Origin: an uncultured virus (IMG/VR IMGVR_UViG_3300042879_004569)
Lineage: Duplodnaviria > Heunggongvirae > Uroviricota > Caudoviricetes
Strand: one strand, 5' to 3'
DNA length: 64,000 bases
Virus record (IMG/VR): IMGVR_UViG_3300042879_004569
Positions within the stretch are counted from its first letter, which is position 1; the number at the start of each line of letters is the position of its first letter. The notes beneath the pieces are model-generated. The model saw only the letters and a list, made by a program, of their open reading frames with translations, made no database searches and was not told where the DNA came from. The position numbers and the translations under genes are program-made. Positions 46,889 to 56,586 of this stretch are shown piece after piece.

Positions 46889-46957
46889 TTATAGTTACAT
46901 TGATCGCCTCTTGAACGCTCCTAAGCCTCTCAACGATGCTCAAACCTGGGGCCAACT

Positions 46958-47059
46958 CGTCTGTTGCGAACCAATAGGATAGGGCGGCCCCCTGCTTGGG
47001 TACTGGACGCAGTATTTTTAGTAGGATTGGCGGTGCGGGTTCGAATCCCGTGCAGACGA
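46958..47059 (+). ncRNA. tRNA-like element, possibly degenerate tRNA-Ser(GCT)
   Basis: 7-bp acceptor stem CGTCTGT/GCAGACG, T arm GCGGG-TTCGAAT-CCCGT, CTGCT loop; anticodon and D stems poor. Confidence 0.5.
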
Positions 47060-47072
47060 TTTATTTAAAACA

Positions 47073-47615
47073 ATGTCAAACATCTTTGTCACCGCAGACA
47101 CGCACTTCGGTCATGCAAAGAGTTTGTCTTTTTTAAAACCAAACGGCACTAAACTTCGCCCATTTGAATCCTTGGAGGAAATGGACGAAACACTTGTAAA
47201 CAACTGGAACAAAACTGTTGGCAAACACGATACCATTTACCACCTTGGCGATGTTGTTATCCCAAGGCCAAGTCTCAAATTACTGAATCGTTTAAACGGC
47301 AGAAAGATTTTGATTCGTGGCAATCATGACCACGGCCGCCTTAAAGATTTTTCTGAGTATTTTGAAGATGTGCGAGGTGCTTTCTTCTTTAAGCCCGGCT
47401 CAGACTTTCTCGGCGGGCTAGTCTTTACACACGTCCCCGTACATCCATCCTGCTTATCTGGTCACTATAAAGGCAACGTCCATGGCCATACACACTGCCA
47501 CTTGGTAATGGATGGCGACACGGTTGATGGGCGTTATTACAATGCCTGCGTGGAAAACAATAACTTCACACCCATCCCCCTAGAAACGATTAAAAAATAC
47601 TTTTCGCCTGTATGA
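47073..47615 (+). CDS. calcineurin-like metallophosphoesterase
   Basis: ADTHFGH, HLGDV, RGNHD, THVP, HGHTH. Confidence 0.9.
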   Translation: MSNIFVTADTHFGHAKSLSFLKPNGTKLRPFESLEEMDETLVNNWNKTVGKHDTIYHLGDVVIPRPSLKLLNRLNGRKILIRGNHDHGRLKDFSEYFEDVRGAFFFKPGSDFLGGLVFTHVPVHPSCLSGHYKGNVHGHTHCHLVMDGDTVDGRYYNACVENNNFTPIPLETIKKYFSPV

Positions 47616-47719
47616 TGAAAAAGTTCCAGATGTAGCGCAGTTTGATCGTCGGCGGACACTCTCGCCCAATATTATTAACTCCTAATTTGGAGTAAATTAA
47701 GAGATCATTAGGAGATAAC

Positions 47720-48388
47720 ATGACTACCCTGGTTGCAAACGTACCTCCTGTCAAAGTCTGGGTGCGTCGTGAATACTTGCGTGACTTAAAGGATGGCCAT
47801 GGTGAGTACACCCCTGGTTACTGGGTGACCTGTAAGTCTCTTACTGGACGAGCTTTATATTTTGAAACGTATTTAACTGAGTACGGCGCACTGTACGACA
47901 AACTTCCCATCAGTGCGTTCCTGTCTTGGGACCCCAACCATCCGGAAAAACCAGAAAGTCCAACCCCAGATTTGGAGCTGACAGACCTTCAGTTCTGGAA
48001 TGGGTTTGATCACGGGCTTACGGTGGTTGAAAAAAACTTGATCTTTAACATGCGTTTTGAAGTCATGACAAGAAGCGCTGGTGTAATCGGCGGCACATAT
48101 TTATTTACGATTGATAACTACCATGCACATCGGAATGAACCCGACTTTTACTTTGCGGAGTTTCCTGATGAACACAAATCTCATAACATCGTTGCTTTGG
48201 ACAACGGTCAAATTGGCGCTTATCCCAATAATCGCTGTCGAATGGTTGATCCATCACTAACCAACCACGACCTTAAGACGCCTGACTTTAAAGTTTCTAC
48301 ACGATACTTTGATGTTGAATGCGCCCCCAAATGGGGTCGCCTTGGAGAATGTGATGATTACTTTTGGAAAACTCCAAACGAAGAATAG
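47720..48388 (+). CDS. conserved hypothetical phage protein
   Basis: GGAG SD; YDKLPISAF, EHKSHN...NGQ..AYPNNR. Confidence 0.7.
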   Translation: MTTLVANVPPVKVWVRREYLRDLKDGHGEYTPGYWVTCKSLTGRALYFETYLTEYGALYDKLPISAFLSWDPNHPEKPESPTPDLELTDLQFWNGFDHGLTVVEKNLIFNMRFEVMTRSAGVIGGTYLFTIDNYHAHRNEPDFYFAEFPDEHKSHNIVALDNGQIGAYPNNRCRMVDPSLTNHDLKTPDFKVSTRYFDVECAPKWGRLGECDDYFWKTPNEE

Positions 48389-48418
48389 CTGTTATATTTA
48401 CAACAGCTATTTACCAGC

Positions 48419-48670
48419 TTGGTGCCCACTTCCAAGCCAAAACTTCAAGAGAATCGAAATAAGTTTTTGGAGTACAAAAAGACTTTGTCCTGCAAGAAGT
48501 GTGGCATAAACGATCATCGTGTCCTTGAGTTTCACCATATCGGTGATAAGGATCACAACATATCAAATATGGTTAATCATGGATACGGCTGGCGCCGTAT
48601 CGAAGAAGAAATAAGTAAGTGTATTCCGCTTTGCTGCAACTGCCACAGACTTGAGCACTGGAATGATTAA
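48419..48670 (+). CDS. HNH endonuclease-like protein
   Basis: CKKCG....VLEFHH....K...EISKC..LC.NCHRLEH. Confidence 0.75.
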   Translation: MVPTSKPKLQENRNKFLEYKKTLSCKKCGINDHRVLEFHHIGDKDHNISNMVNHGYGWRRIEEEISKCIPLCCNCHRLEHWND

Positions 48671-50754
48671 CGTCCAATAATACTTCCAGCATTAAAACGG
48701 TTTAATGCATCTTCAAATTTAGATCCAACAACATCCCACCAGGGGCGACCAACCTTTTTAGTTCCAGCAACAGAACCATAGGGTACTTCCACCGATTTAC
48801 CACCAAGAATTGCAGTGCCCATGCGTGGTTGAATTGTAGGTGTTGGACCAGCATATGCTGGGTAAGCAGAAGGAACTTGATTTCTATTTACAAAATCTTT
48901 TCCTGTGCGCGATTTATAAGCACGATTTAAAGCTTTACCAGTTTCAACTAAACTTTGACCAGCGAGCAAACCACCAGCTAGTGGCAAAACACTGCCGACC
49001 ATAGCAGCAGGACGAGCATAACCAGCGGCCTGAAGAGCCTGCAGTCCTTTTGCTGTAACACCACCAACGGCGGATCCAATAGCAGTATTTAACGCAGCAG
49101 TTGTTCCAGCCTGTTGGTAATCACCACGAGATAGTGCATCTACAACAGCAGGATCCATTGCCGTTGCGATACCACCAGCGGCAAGACCACCAAGCCCCAA
49201 TCCTCGAACTGGTTTTGATTGTTCAATTAAATTTTCGACAGTTTTATTTAAAAGTTTATTTGCAGCTTGAGGGCGAAGCTTGTCTCTTGAAATAATTAAT
49301 TCACTTAAACCTTCTTCCGCTTCACCAAAAGGATCAAGTGGATCTATCGGTGTTGAATATGTATCAAGTAATTGAGTATTACTTGCACTATAACGAGGAT
49401 ATATGTATTTAAATAGTTTATCTAACTCATCTACATTGAAAGCTTTGTAAGTAGCTTTATCAGAAGGCGGAAGAATGCCAATTTGCCTCAAAGAAGTTTT
49501 AGCTGCAAAGCCACCGAAAGGACTTGCTATTTGTCCTTCTAAAGGAAATGTTCCTTGGCTTCCAATCACAGCAGGCGTTGGAGGAGTTAAAGACCCCCCT
49601 GCATTTGGCACTAAACGTGCAAAACGTTCAATAGTTTGAGCAGTACTTATACCTTCTGCATCAGCCAATTTTTGTAAATTTTCTTTTAAAATATTTCCCG
49701 GCTTTTTAATTGGTCGCGATTCATTATAACTTTGATAAGCAAAAGGTAACTTACGTTCAGCAAGAAGTGCTTGTAAATCGCCAACAGTTAATTCCCCCCT
49801 GGCACCGATCAAATCTTTTCTAAAACTAATATCTTTATTTGATTCGTTAATGCCCCAAGACGGTCCAGTCCCAGGACCAAGATCTTCATATTGCTTAAAA
49901 CGTACACGAGGCTCTTTATATGGGATAGTTAAAATATCTCCCGTATACAAATACTTTGCTTCTTTTGAGGGATCCGCATTAACACGCGATAAATATATTG
50001 CAGGATTTGAACCAGCTTCTTTTTGTCCTAATCCCCAATTACCTTCTGCATAACTATACTGCGGTTTTTCAACATTACCCCAAACATAACCAGCTGTCCC
50101 CGGTGTTTTATTTCCAAGAATATCAATTTTACGCTCTAATCTATTTGCTTCTTTAATTATTTCTGGTCCGTAATTTGAATGATAAGGACCCCAAGGAGCA
50201 AGAAATTGCTCGTATTGAATATGTGCTTTACCTAATTTATCCGCTAATACTTCAGCATAATCTTTAGCAAAACGACTTGGATTAGGAGCAGGTGTTACTG
50301 TAATCGCTTGAATATCACCTTCTGGAAATACTGTTTTGTCACCAATAGCTGCAGCATACGAACCAAGCTCAGGACTTGGAGCACCTGGTTGAGAACTTAA
50401 ATAAGTAGGAAATGATTTTTCGCCACGATATAAATTCTTTGGGTTTAACAAAGAACTATTTGAAATGTTTTGATTAAATACACGACTGCTTGCAATATCT
50501 TGATCCAAAGGAATAGTCGGAACAAGAAATTTGCCTGCCAATACACCACCACGGGTGTAATCAAACATGTTGGGATCAGCTTGCGGAAACATCCGTATAG
50601 CTTCCTGTTTTTTAATTTTTAATTTATCTTGATCACTTAGTAAACTTTGAAAAGGAAGAATAGCCCCTACTGGAGCAGCAACCGTAAACGCCCCTAACGC
50701 TCCAACAGTTTGAAGAGCTTGTTTTTGTTCTGGCGTTAATGGTTTATCAGCCAT
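48667..50754 (-). CDS. large hypothetical protein
   Basis: 695-aa ORF with Gly/Ala-rich hydrophobic C-terminal part. Confidence 0.65.
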   Translation of the reverse strand: MADKPLTPEQKQALQTVGALGAFTVAAPVGAILPFQSLLSDQDKLKIKKQEAIRMFPQADPNMFDYTRGGVLAGKFLVPTIPLDQDIASSRVFNQNISNSSLLNPKNLYRGEKSFPTYLSSQPGAPSPELGSYAAAIGDKTVFPEGDIQAITVTPAPNPSRFAKDYAEVLADKLGKAHIQYEQFLAPWGPYHSNYGPEIIKEANRLERKIDILGNKTPGTAGYVWGNVEKPQYSYAEGNWGLGQKEAGSNPAIYLSRVNADPSKEAKYLYTGDILTIPYKEPRVRFKQYEDLGPGTGPSWGINESNKDISFRKDLIGARGELTVGDLQALLAERKLPFAYQSYNESRPIKKPGNILKENLQKLADAEGISTAQTIERFARLVPNAGGSLTPPTPAVIGSQGTFPLEGQIASPFGGFAAKTSLRQIGILPPSDKATYKAFNVDELDKLFKYIYPRYSASNTQLLDTYSTPIDPLDPFGEAEEGLSELIISRDKLRPQAANKLLNKTVENLIEQSKPVRGLGLGGLAAGGIATAMDPAVVDALSRGDYQQAGTTAALNTAIGSAVGGVTAKGLQALQAAGYARPAAMVGSVLPLAGGLLAGQSLVETGKALNRAYKSRTGKDFVNRNQVPSAYPAYAGPTPTIQPRMGTAILGGKSVEVPYGSVAGTKKVGRPWWDVVGSKFEDALNRFNAGSIIGR

Positions 50755-51298
50755 TTCTCAGGCTCGCTTTAATTTGCCAAGCCGCTTTAAATGCTTCACC
50801 ACACAACTCAGCCATGTAGTTCTGAATATCAATGGCACCAACCTTGGCAGCAATGGGCTCTAACTTTTTAGTTTTCATGCCCAGCTCCTCAAGGTTTTTA
50901 TAGTACACACCTAACATCTCAGTTGCTTTATAGCTGGTGCAGTGCTTAAACTCTGGGCTTGCTTCCATTAAACCGTCATGGCACATAGGAAGCAGATAGT
51001 CCATACTGCGGATAAATTCCCCAAGCTTGTCAAACTGTTCGATGTGTGTTTCATATTGTTTACCAAGAAACTTGTGTACACCTAAAAAGTTTCCTGCCTC
51101 ATAGTTGAAATGAATCAAATGACTTTGCACCTGGAGCTGGTGTACATAAGCCATCAGTGAAATTAACTGTTGGATAAAAGAACCAACGTCCCCACCTCTA
51201 GATTTACCAGGTGCTTTAGGTTTTTCTTGTGCTTGAGGAACCGCTTGAAGGGGAGGGGTTTGCGGCTCTTGCACCAGTTGAGGACCGGGGGTATACAT
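50747..51298 (-). CDS. Dps/ferritin-like protein
   Basis: SHLIHFNYEAGNFLGVHKFL..QY..H.EQFD.LGEFIR. Confidence 0.75.
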   Translation of the reverse strand: MYTPGPQLVQEPQTPPLQAVPQAQEKPKAPGKSRGGDVGSFIQQLISLMAYVHQLQVQSHLIHFNYEAGNFLGVHKFLGKQYETHIEQFDKLGEFIRSMDYLLPMCHDGLMEASPEFKHCTSYKATEMLGVYYKNLEELGMKTKKLEPIAAKVGAIDIQNYMAELCGEAFKAAWQIKASLRNG

Positions 51299-51324
51299 AA
51301 TCTTTAGTCGGTAGTTCCAGTTTA

Positions 51325-52641
51325 TCAGCGACTAATTTCTTCGAAGTCAATTGCACCATAAACATCATCACCAGCAACTTTACTTTCAACAAGTAATGAA
51401 AATTCTTCTGGTGTATTTGTCAAACCATTACGCCTAAGTTGAAATTGGAACAGTGCTTCTTTCAAAATATCTAATGAGTTAGCTCCTTGAGTAGTAGAAG
51501 AAATATATCCTTTAGCTAAGGTATCCCCTCCACTGGTACTAGACCCACTTAAATTGTATTCCACAGAAGAGTTGTCACCAGCACTAGCCCAAGTACCACC
51601 TGAAGTTGTTCCTCCTCTTTGAAGACGCCATTCAAAAAACGCATTATTACCATCACCCAAAATACTAATAGCTGTGGGAATAACAATACCATCTAACCGA
51701 TCAGGGCTAGCCTTTAATCGAATAGATACAACTGGATACAATACTCCTGTAGCAGTTAAATCACGAGGTGCAGAAACTGGCGTACCAACAGCATTTTGTG
51801 CGCCTCTTAATTCGTAACCACCCTCAGAAATAACAGTTGAACAAACTTGTTTTAATGTACTGTTACTTGCTGTTGTATTTAAGTTAATAATTTCATATCG
51901 CAATGGAAGACTTGCTGTAGTGATATAGGTAGAAGTAATCAAATTTGCATGATGAAAAGAATGGCAGTGAATAAAGAGACCATCAATTACAAATCCAAGA
52001 CGCACAGTACCCAGACCAAGCCATTCAATATCTGCCCAAAAAATTTGCGCTTTAGCAATGTCAAGTATCCTACCAGATGGCCCGTTGCCGTCTAGTTTAT
52101 CTACGTTCCAATTAGCTTGTGCAACTTTACTTTCAGTTACAGAGCCAGTCACTGAACTACGCTCAACAAAACTAAGTGTGGCTCCATCTAATTCAATATA
52201 GATACCATTAGCAGCATTAAAATAACCAACACGCTGACGCAGGTTGGTCTTGGCTGGTGCCATTACAAAGGTATTAAGCGTTAAAAGTGATTTCCCCGGT
52301 TGATAAGAAAAAACTTGAGTAGTTTCTCTAGTTACATATCCACCAGATGTAGTTGTTACATTAAGATTTATTAACCCTTCATTTGCACTAAACGTAGCAT
52401 CTGAACTTACACCAGTAGCAGTCGCCCACAAGCCATTATCAGCAAAACGATGACTGGAATCAAATAGTGTAAGTGGTTGTGAGATACGTAATCGCCCAAA
52501 AGCATCCCCTGCTGTAGAAGCTGCTTGAATCGAAATGGAAGCACCACTGGAAGTAAAAATTTCCAGTGGCTGTCCGCTACAAGTTTGGACTTTTACAACT
52601 TCGTATAAATTAATACCACCTGATTCGCGATAAACTGGCAT
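51325..52641 (-). CDS. putative virion structural protein
   Basis: DAFGRLRISQPLTLFDS, YQPGKS, EWLGLG.VR.G motifs; beta-rich. Confidence 0.65.
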   Translation of the reverse strand: MPVYRESGGINLYEVVKVQTCSGQPLEIFTSSGASISIQAASTAGDAFGRLRISQPLTLFDSSHRFADNGLWATATGVSSDATFSANEGLINLNVTTTSGGYVTRETTQVFSYQPGKSLLTLNTFVMAPAKTNLRQRVGYFNAANGIYIELDGATLSFVERSSVTGSVTESKVAQANWNVDKLDGNGPSGRILDIAKAQIFWADIEWLGLGTVRLGFVIDGLFIHCHSFHHANLITSTYITTASLPLRYEIINLNTTASNSTLKQVCSTVISEGGYELRGAQNAVGTPVSAPRDLTATGVLYPVVSIRLKASPDRLDGIVIPTAISILGDGNNAFFEWRLQRGGTTSGGTWASAGDNSSVEYNLSGSSTSGGDTLAKGYISSTTQGANSLDILKEALFQFQLRRNGLTNTPEEFSLLVESKVAGDDVYGAIDFEEISR

Positions 52642-52667
52642 GACTTAAATCCAAAATAATATCTATT

Positions 52668-52928
52668 CTAAGCTGCATGCTTTTCCCACTCATTAATTAA
52701 ATGACCATAATCCCTTGGTTCAGTAACAGGAACATCTTTTGTTTTACAAACATCACATTGACCCATGCTGTAAGTAGCACAATGGTGAGCTGGATGTTGA
52801 GCACCCGTTTGCCACCATTTTCCGTAATGTGTACCGCAATAATCACAAATCCAAGTTGGATATTGAACTTTTGTTTTAGCCATTGTTTTCATCCATAACA
52901 TTGCCAGACAATAACTGATACACCTCAA
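52668..52928 (-). CDS. small Cys-rich (Zn-binding) protein
   Basis: WICDYCG...CDVC...VTEPRDYG; true start probably later. Confidence 0.55.
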   Translation of the reverse strand: MRCISYCLAMLWMKTMAKTKVQYPTWICDYCGTHYGKWWQTGAQHPAHHCATYSMGQCDVCKTKDVPVTEPRDYGHLINEWEKHAA

Positions 52929-53235
52929 GAGCCTTTAAATATTCTTTTTTTGTATAGTCCAGATTTTCTTTTGTTGCTTGAACTATTAATTCATACAACC
53001 GAGCGCCGGAAAGCCGTTCTAACCCTTGAACTAAAGTGTCACCCATCCATTCCAAAATTTCTTTTTCTGCTCTGTTGACAAGATCTGCGTCAGTCATGGT
53101 TGAAAAAATTTGTTTTGTGTTATGAAGATTTTCTCGGCTGTCTTTTGTTTTAAGTGGCTTGTTTAATTCAGCCACTCCCTGGTGATTACTATACCATTCA
53201 TGCCAACTTTCCAAAGCCTCCATGGGATTAGACAT
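52876..53235 (-). CDS. hypothetical protein
   Basis: ORF starting MSNPMEAL after terminator. Confidence 0.5.
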   Translation of the reverse strand: MSNPMEALESWHEWYSNHQGVAELNKPLKTKDSRENLHNTKQIFSTMTDADLVNRAEKEILEWMGDTLVQGLERLSGARLYELIVQATKENLDYTKKEYLKALEVYQLLSGNVMDENNG

Positions 53236-53239
53236 ACAT

Positions 53240-53275
53240 AAAAAAATTGGACACACCCATAATAGGCGCGTCCAA
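53240..53275 (-). terminator. intrinsic terminator
   Basis: TTGGACGCGCC...GGTGTGTCCAA stem plus T-run. Confidence 0.7.
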
Positions 53276-53308
53276 AAACAAAAGAGTAATTTAAATATTA
53301 TGAAACAA

Positions 53309-53602
53309 TTACAGCATGACAGGTTGTAGCTTGCCTTCTTTGTGTAATCGAACAGCTTCTAGCATTTCAAAATACTGATCTCTCATAATTGGCCCGGCTT
53401 CTGTAATGCAAAAATTGTGCCACAAACCAGTATACAGACCATGCATAGGGTGAGCCGGATCTTTACGCCCCGAACAGTTGTACATGTGTTCCATGAAGTC
53501 AATTTTTTGTTGTTCTCTAACAACGCTCCAAGTATTCAAAATAGCTTGGTAGTTAAACCCTTCAGTCATCAGATCCAATGGAGGTAATAGAAATAAAGAC
53601 AT
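53309..53602 (-). CDS. hypothetical protein
   Basis: MY..SGR.DP.HPMHGLYTGL motif; start uncertain. Confidence 0.55.
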   Translation of the reverse strand: MSLFLLPPLDLMTEGFNYQAILNTWSVVREQQKIDFMEHMYNCSGRKDPAHPMHGLYTGLWHNFCITEAGPIMRDQYFEMLEAVRLHKEGKLQPVML

Positions 53603-53771
53603 TTGCTACAGATGGACTTGCTTCATACAGAAGGTTGTCAATTTCATCTTGCAAAGCAATCGCAATATCTTTTGGCGTTTTACCACCAAAAGAATCGTAA
53701 TTAAGTTCGATGTCAACAGCAAAAGAAACTGTTAGTTTTGGAGCGGCGATAACTTCCATTTCTGGAATCAA
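53562..53771 (-). CDS. hypothetical protein
   Basis: 69-aa ORF. Confidence 0.5.
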   Translation of the reverse strand: MIPEMEVIAAPKLTVSFAVDIELNYDSFGGKTPKDIAIALQDEIDNLLYEASPSVANVFISITSIGSDD

Positions 53772-53827
53772 GTGCTTAAACAGTTTACCAACAAATATTT
53801 GAAAAAAATGTTTATTAGTGAAGGTGA

Positions 53828-54055
53828 CTACCGAGCTTGAAGCTCGTCAGCAACCGCATAAATGTCATGACTATAAATAATTCCCTGTCCGTTTTGACAT
53901 TGATTGATCATTTCGCGTAAAGCGGCGGCAACCATTTCATTAAGAGAAACTTCTTTGTCAAGATTGTCGGCCAGTGTGTAAGCAGCTTCCTCAATAGAAT
54001 CTACTGCTTTTTTAAGCTGTGCTCTTGCAGCGCGGGACACCCAGTCTTCAGTCAT
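53828..54055 (-). CDS. hypothetical protein
   Basis: 75 aa, ends IADEL-type motif; stop is part of the TAGTC motif. Confidence 0.55.
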   Translation of the reverse strand: MTEDWVSRAARAQLKKAVDSIEEAAYTLADNLDKEVSLNEMVAAALREMINQCQNGQGIIYSHDIYAVADELQAR

Positions 54056-54336
54056 CTTAAACTTCCAATAAAAATACCATCAAGAAATGTTGCAAAAACA
54101 AGAGTTGCAATTTCAAATACAGACATAGAAGTGTGGAAGCGACTAATGCCATTCAAGCTTGGTCAGGAAAAAAGCTCCTGGAAGGAGCAAAAAGGGTTCG
54201 GTTGATTGCCTGTTGCCTACGGGTAGCAATAGCCTGTGTGGCCAAAAAGAGCCTGATAGAGGCAGAACGCTAGAAATAGCGCAGATGCCACCTTTTTGGT
54301 GATGTCAACAAAATGGTTTTTCACAAGTGATGTTGA

Positions 54337-54684
54337 CTAATCGGGCAGAGATTCAAGAGCTTGGCGAATAGTGTTTGCTGCATCTTGTTCAAACGAAGCA
54401 ATAGAAATATCATTTAATGCTTTTAACGCCTGCTCCTTCAAGCTCGGTGGCTTGGGGCGGCGATAATTATAAAACTCAATTACATCTTCTTCCTCCCACG
54501 CAGCGCACTGCTTAAGGTAATTTCCACAAGCTAGTAACTCTTTATCGGCGCCCCACTGGGCGGCGCGGGTGGCGACAAAATAAGTAAATCCGTTTCCGTT
54601 TGTATTGCCGGAACAATGCCAGTCAGCTTCCCACTGCTCTACCAGATCCGGCGGCGGGGTGATGGGGTGTTGTTGGTCAGTCAT
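54337..54684 (-). CDS. HPITPPP/WGADQEL family protein, copy 1
   Basis: MTDQQHPITPPPDL...AAQWGADKEL...RRPKPPSLKEQAL...TIRQALESL. Confidence 0.7.
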   Translation of the reverse strand: MTDQQHPITPPPDLVEQWEADWHCSGNTNGNGFTYFVATRAAQWGADKELLACGNYLKQCAAWEEEDVIEFYNYRRPKPPSLKEQALKALNDISIASFEQDAANTIRQALESLPD

Positions 54685-55060
54685 TGATCGACTCCAGTGC
54701 GCGGCGGACAACGTTAGCAACATCTGCTGACAGGCGATCATCAGCAACAGCGGTGTCAATCGCCAGCAACGCCTGATCCTTCAAGCTCGGCGGCTTGGGG
54801 CGGCGGGCGTCGCGGAGTTTCTCACTCCAGAACCCGTCATTCAAATTATCCAATACTTCACAACACGCCTCCAGCTCCTGGTCGGCGCCCGCTTGGAACG
54901 CTTGGCGGGCAACGTTCTTGAGCCGGTTGGTGGTGATGGTGATGACAGCTTGCTCCGAGGGGTCCCACGGGTAGCCATCGTCGATCAGCCATTCGCCCAC
55001 TTGCTCATCGCTCAGCTCTGGCGGTGGGGTGATGGGATGCCTGTAATCTTCTTGGGTCAT
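54677..55060 (-). CDS. HPITPPP/WGADQEL family protein, copy 2
   Basis: HPITPPPEL...GADQELEACC...RRPKPPSLKDQAL...VRRALES. Confidence 0.7.
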   Translation of the reverse strand: MTQEDYRHPITPPPELSDEQVGEWLIDDGYPWDPSEQAVITITTNRLKNVARQAFQAGADQELEACCEVLDNLNDGFWSEKLRDARRPKPPSLKDQALLAIDTAVADDRLSADVANVVRRALESIND

Positions 55061-55124
55061 GGTTTCTAGGGAACTGTGGCCGGGGCAGGAGCCGCAAACT
55101 CGCTGCCTTATCACTATACGCCAG

Positions 55125-55271
55125 TCAACGGCGCTGGGCGATGCGGCGATACTCTTCGAGGAACTCCTCGCCCATCAACTCCACCAGTTGCTCGTGGGTG
55201 ACGTTGTTGATCAGGCGAAGACATTCCCTGAAGCGCCGCTCGTTTTCCTCCGGTGTGATTTTGTCAGCCAT
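55125..55271 (-). CDS. small hypothetical protein (48 aa)
   Basis: MADKITPEENERRFRECLRLINNVTHEQLVELMGEEFLEEYRRIAQRR. Confidence 0.5.
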   Translation of the reverse strand: MADKITPEENERRFRECLRLINNVTHEQLVELMGEEFLEEYRRIAQRR

Positions 55272-55300
55272 CGAGTTGCTCCAGGGCGCGGCGGATGGTG

Positions 55301-55558
55301 TCACTGAATAAGACGCTCTAAAGAATGAGCTTGATGTTGTTGGTAGTACCCAAGTCGCTCTTGAATAATGTTGTAATAGTTAATAGCGGCGTCAACCATT
55401 TCTTCGGCTGACATTTGAGCAGCTAGGTTTTCATTGGAAATCATGGCCGCTGTTAATACAACGGTACCCCATTCCAATTTGGAACCCACTAATGCAGAAA
55501 GAGGAGTTCCATCCTGCGTGAACCCAGCCATTAAGTGGACAAGGTTTTCGTCAGACAT
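55301..55558 (-). CDS. hypothetical protein
   Basis: AGGAG SD and TAAAAT upstream. Confidence 0.6.
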   Translation of the reverse strand: MSDENLVHLMAGFTQDGTPLSALVGSKLEWGTVVLTAAMISNENLAAQMSAEEMVDAAINYYNIIQERLGYYQQHQAHSLERLIQ

Positions 55559-55592
55559 GGAACTCCTAACAGTGTTTCTTTATTTTATCCCA

Positions 55593-56057
55593 TTACTTTT
55601 TGGAGCCTACACGTTGCAGCCAATACCAATAAGCATTGGTTGCGTTTTGATGAAACCGTTTACCCAAAAAAAGTTTTAGTTTCTTTTGCTCCAGGTCTTC
55701 CATTTTGCTTTCGTTGTAAGGCAAAACCTCACCTTTATCCCTTAAGAAATTCATCTCCAGATCATTCATTTGAATTTGCAAATCAAAATCAGTAACTGCG
55801 TGTTGATGGCAATTCATTTTGATTCGAGCATCTTCTGAATCAACTGGAGCATCAATCTTTTGGTAAAAGTTGTCTTGGATACTCGGATGCTTCCAATTCC
55901 ACATGGGAGGTACTGTAGATTCGTTTTGAGCGGATACCATATTCTTGGTTGACTTTGACTCCATGCGGTAAGTGGCGGCCATTGGTGTATGCGTTGCGGA
56001 TAGCGTCAAGGTTCGGAACAATTTTTTTAGTTGTTTTAGGTTCAGTTCTTTCTTCAA
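55593..56057 (-). CDS. hypothetical protein (true start probably near 55904)
   Basis: C-terminal part fills the intergenic gap. Confidence 0.5.
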   Translation of the reverse strand: MKKELNLKQLKKLFRTLTLSATHTPMAATYRMESKSTKNMVSAQNESTVPPMWNWKHPSIQDNFYQKIDAPVDSEDARIKMNCHQHAVTDFDLQIQMNDLEMNFLRDKGEVLPYNESKMEDLEQKKLKLFLGKRFHQNATNAYWYWLQRVGSKK

Positions 56058-56553
56058 GAACTTCCCCCGTTAAAGACCGTAGCACAACTTTTTTCGTTGT
56101 GTTGATTTCTTCTTCAACACAATAAAGCAAACGATCTTTCTCCTCCCAGGCATCTGGCTCAGAAGAGATTTCAACTGTTAGCTCACGTTTTTTAACAAGA
56201 ATGAATTGATAATTCTTGCCCGTGATGTTGTTTGTGTCAACCGGCAATGCCCGCTTAAGCCAATTAAGCAATCCCTTTAGTTGTTTTACTTGAGACTCAT
56301 GATGTTTTTTAGCCTGGGCAATAAGCTCCCCTTCTTTTTTAATGCGCTCTAACGCATCTTCATGAGAAGCCAAGGCATAGTAAATCCGATCTACTTTTTC
56401 GGATCTAAGCATTGCACAGTTTTCCAGCTCAGCCTTTGCCAGTTCTTGGGATTCAACAGTGAGAAGAGGCAGAGACTTTTCGAGAGCAGCATAATGCTCA
56501 TACAACTGAAGAACGTTTAGTTTATTGAGTTTTGTTTGAGTAATTTGAGACAT
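55852..56553 (-). CDS. siphovirus Gp157-like coiled-coil protein
   Basis: EKVD.IYY......E....KKE.......K.......LK.LL; PNLDAI......G..LP.GVKV. Confidence 0.6.
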   Translation of the reverse strand: MSQITQTKLNKLNVLQLYEHYAALEKSLPLLTVESQELAKAELENCAMLRSEKVDRIYYALASHEDALERIKKEGELIAQAKKHHESQVKQLKGLLNWLKRALPVDTNNITGKNYQFILVKKRELTVEISSEPDAWEEKDRLLYCVEEEINTTKKVVLRSLTGEVLEERTEPKTTKKIVPNLDAIRNAYTNGRHLPHGVKVNQEYGIRSKRIYSTSHVELEASEYPRQLLPKD

Positions 56554-56586
56554 AGCTTGGGCCAGAATGAATTGAATTAATAAAAA

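Noticed and set aside
46770..46982. 70-aa ORF from the track
   Set aside because: Alternative frame of the better supported 46718-46888 gene and runs into the tRNA-like element
55059..55307. 82-aa plus-strand ORF
   Set aside because: Antisense to a 48-aa minus ORF that fits the operon direction
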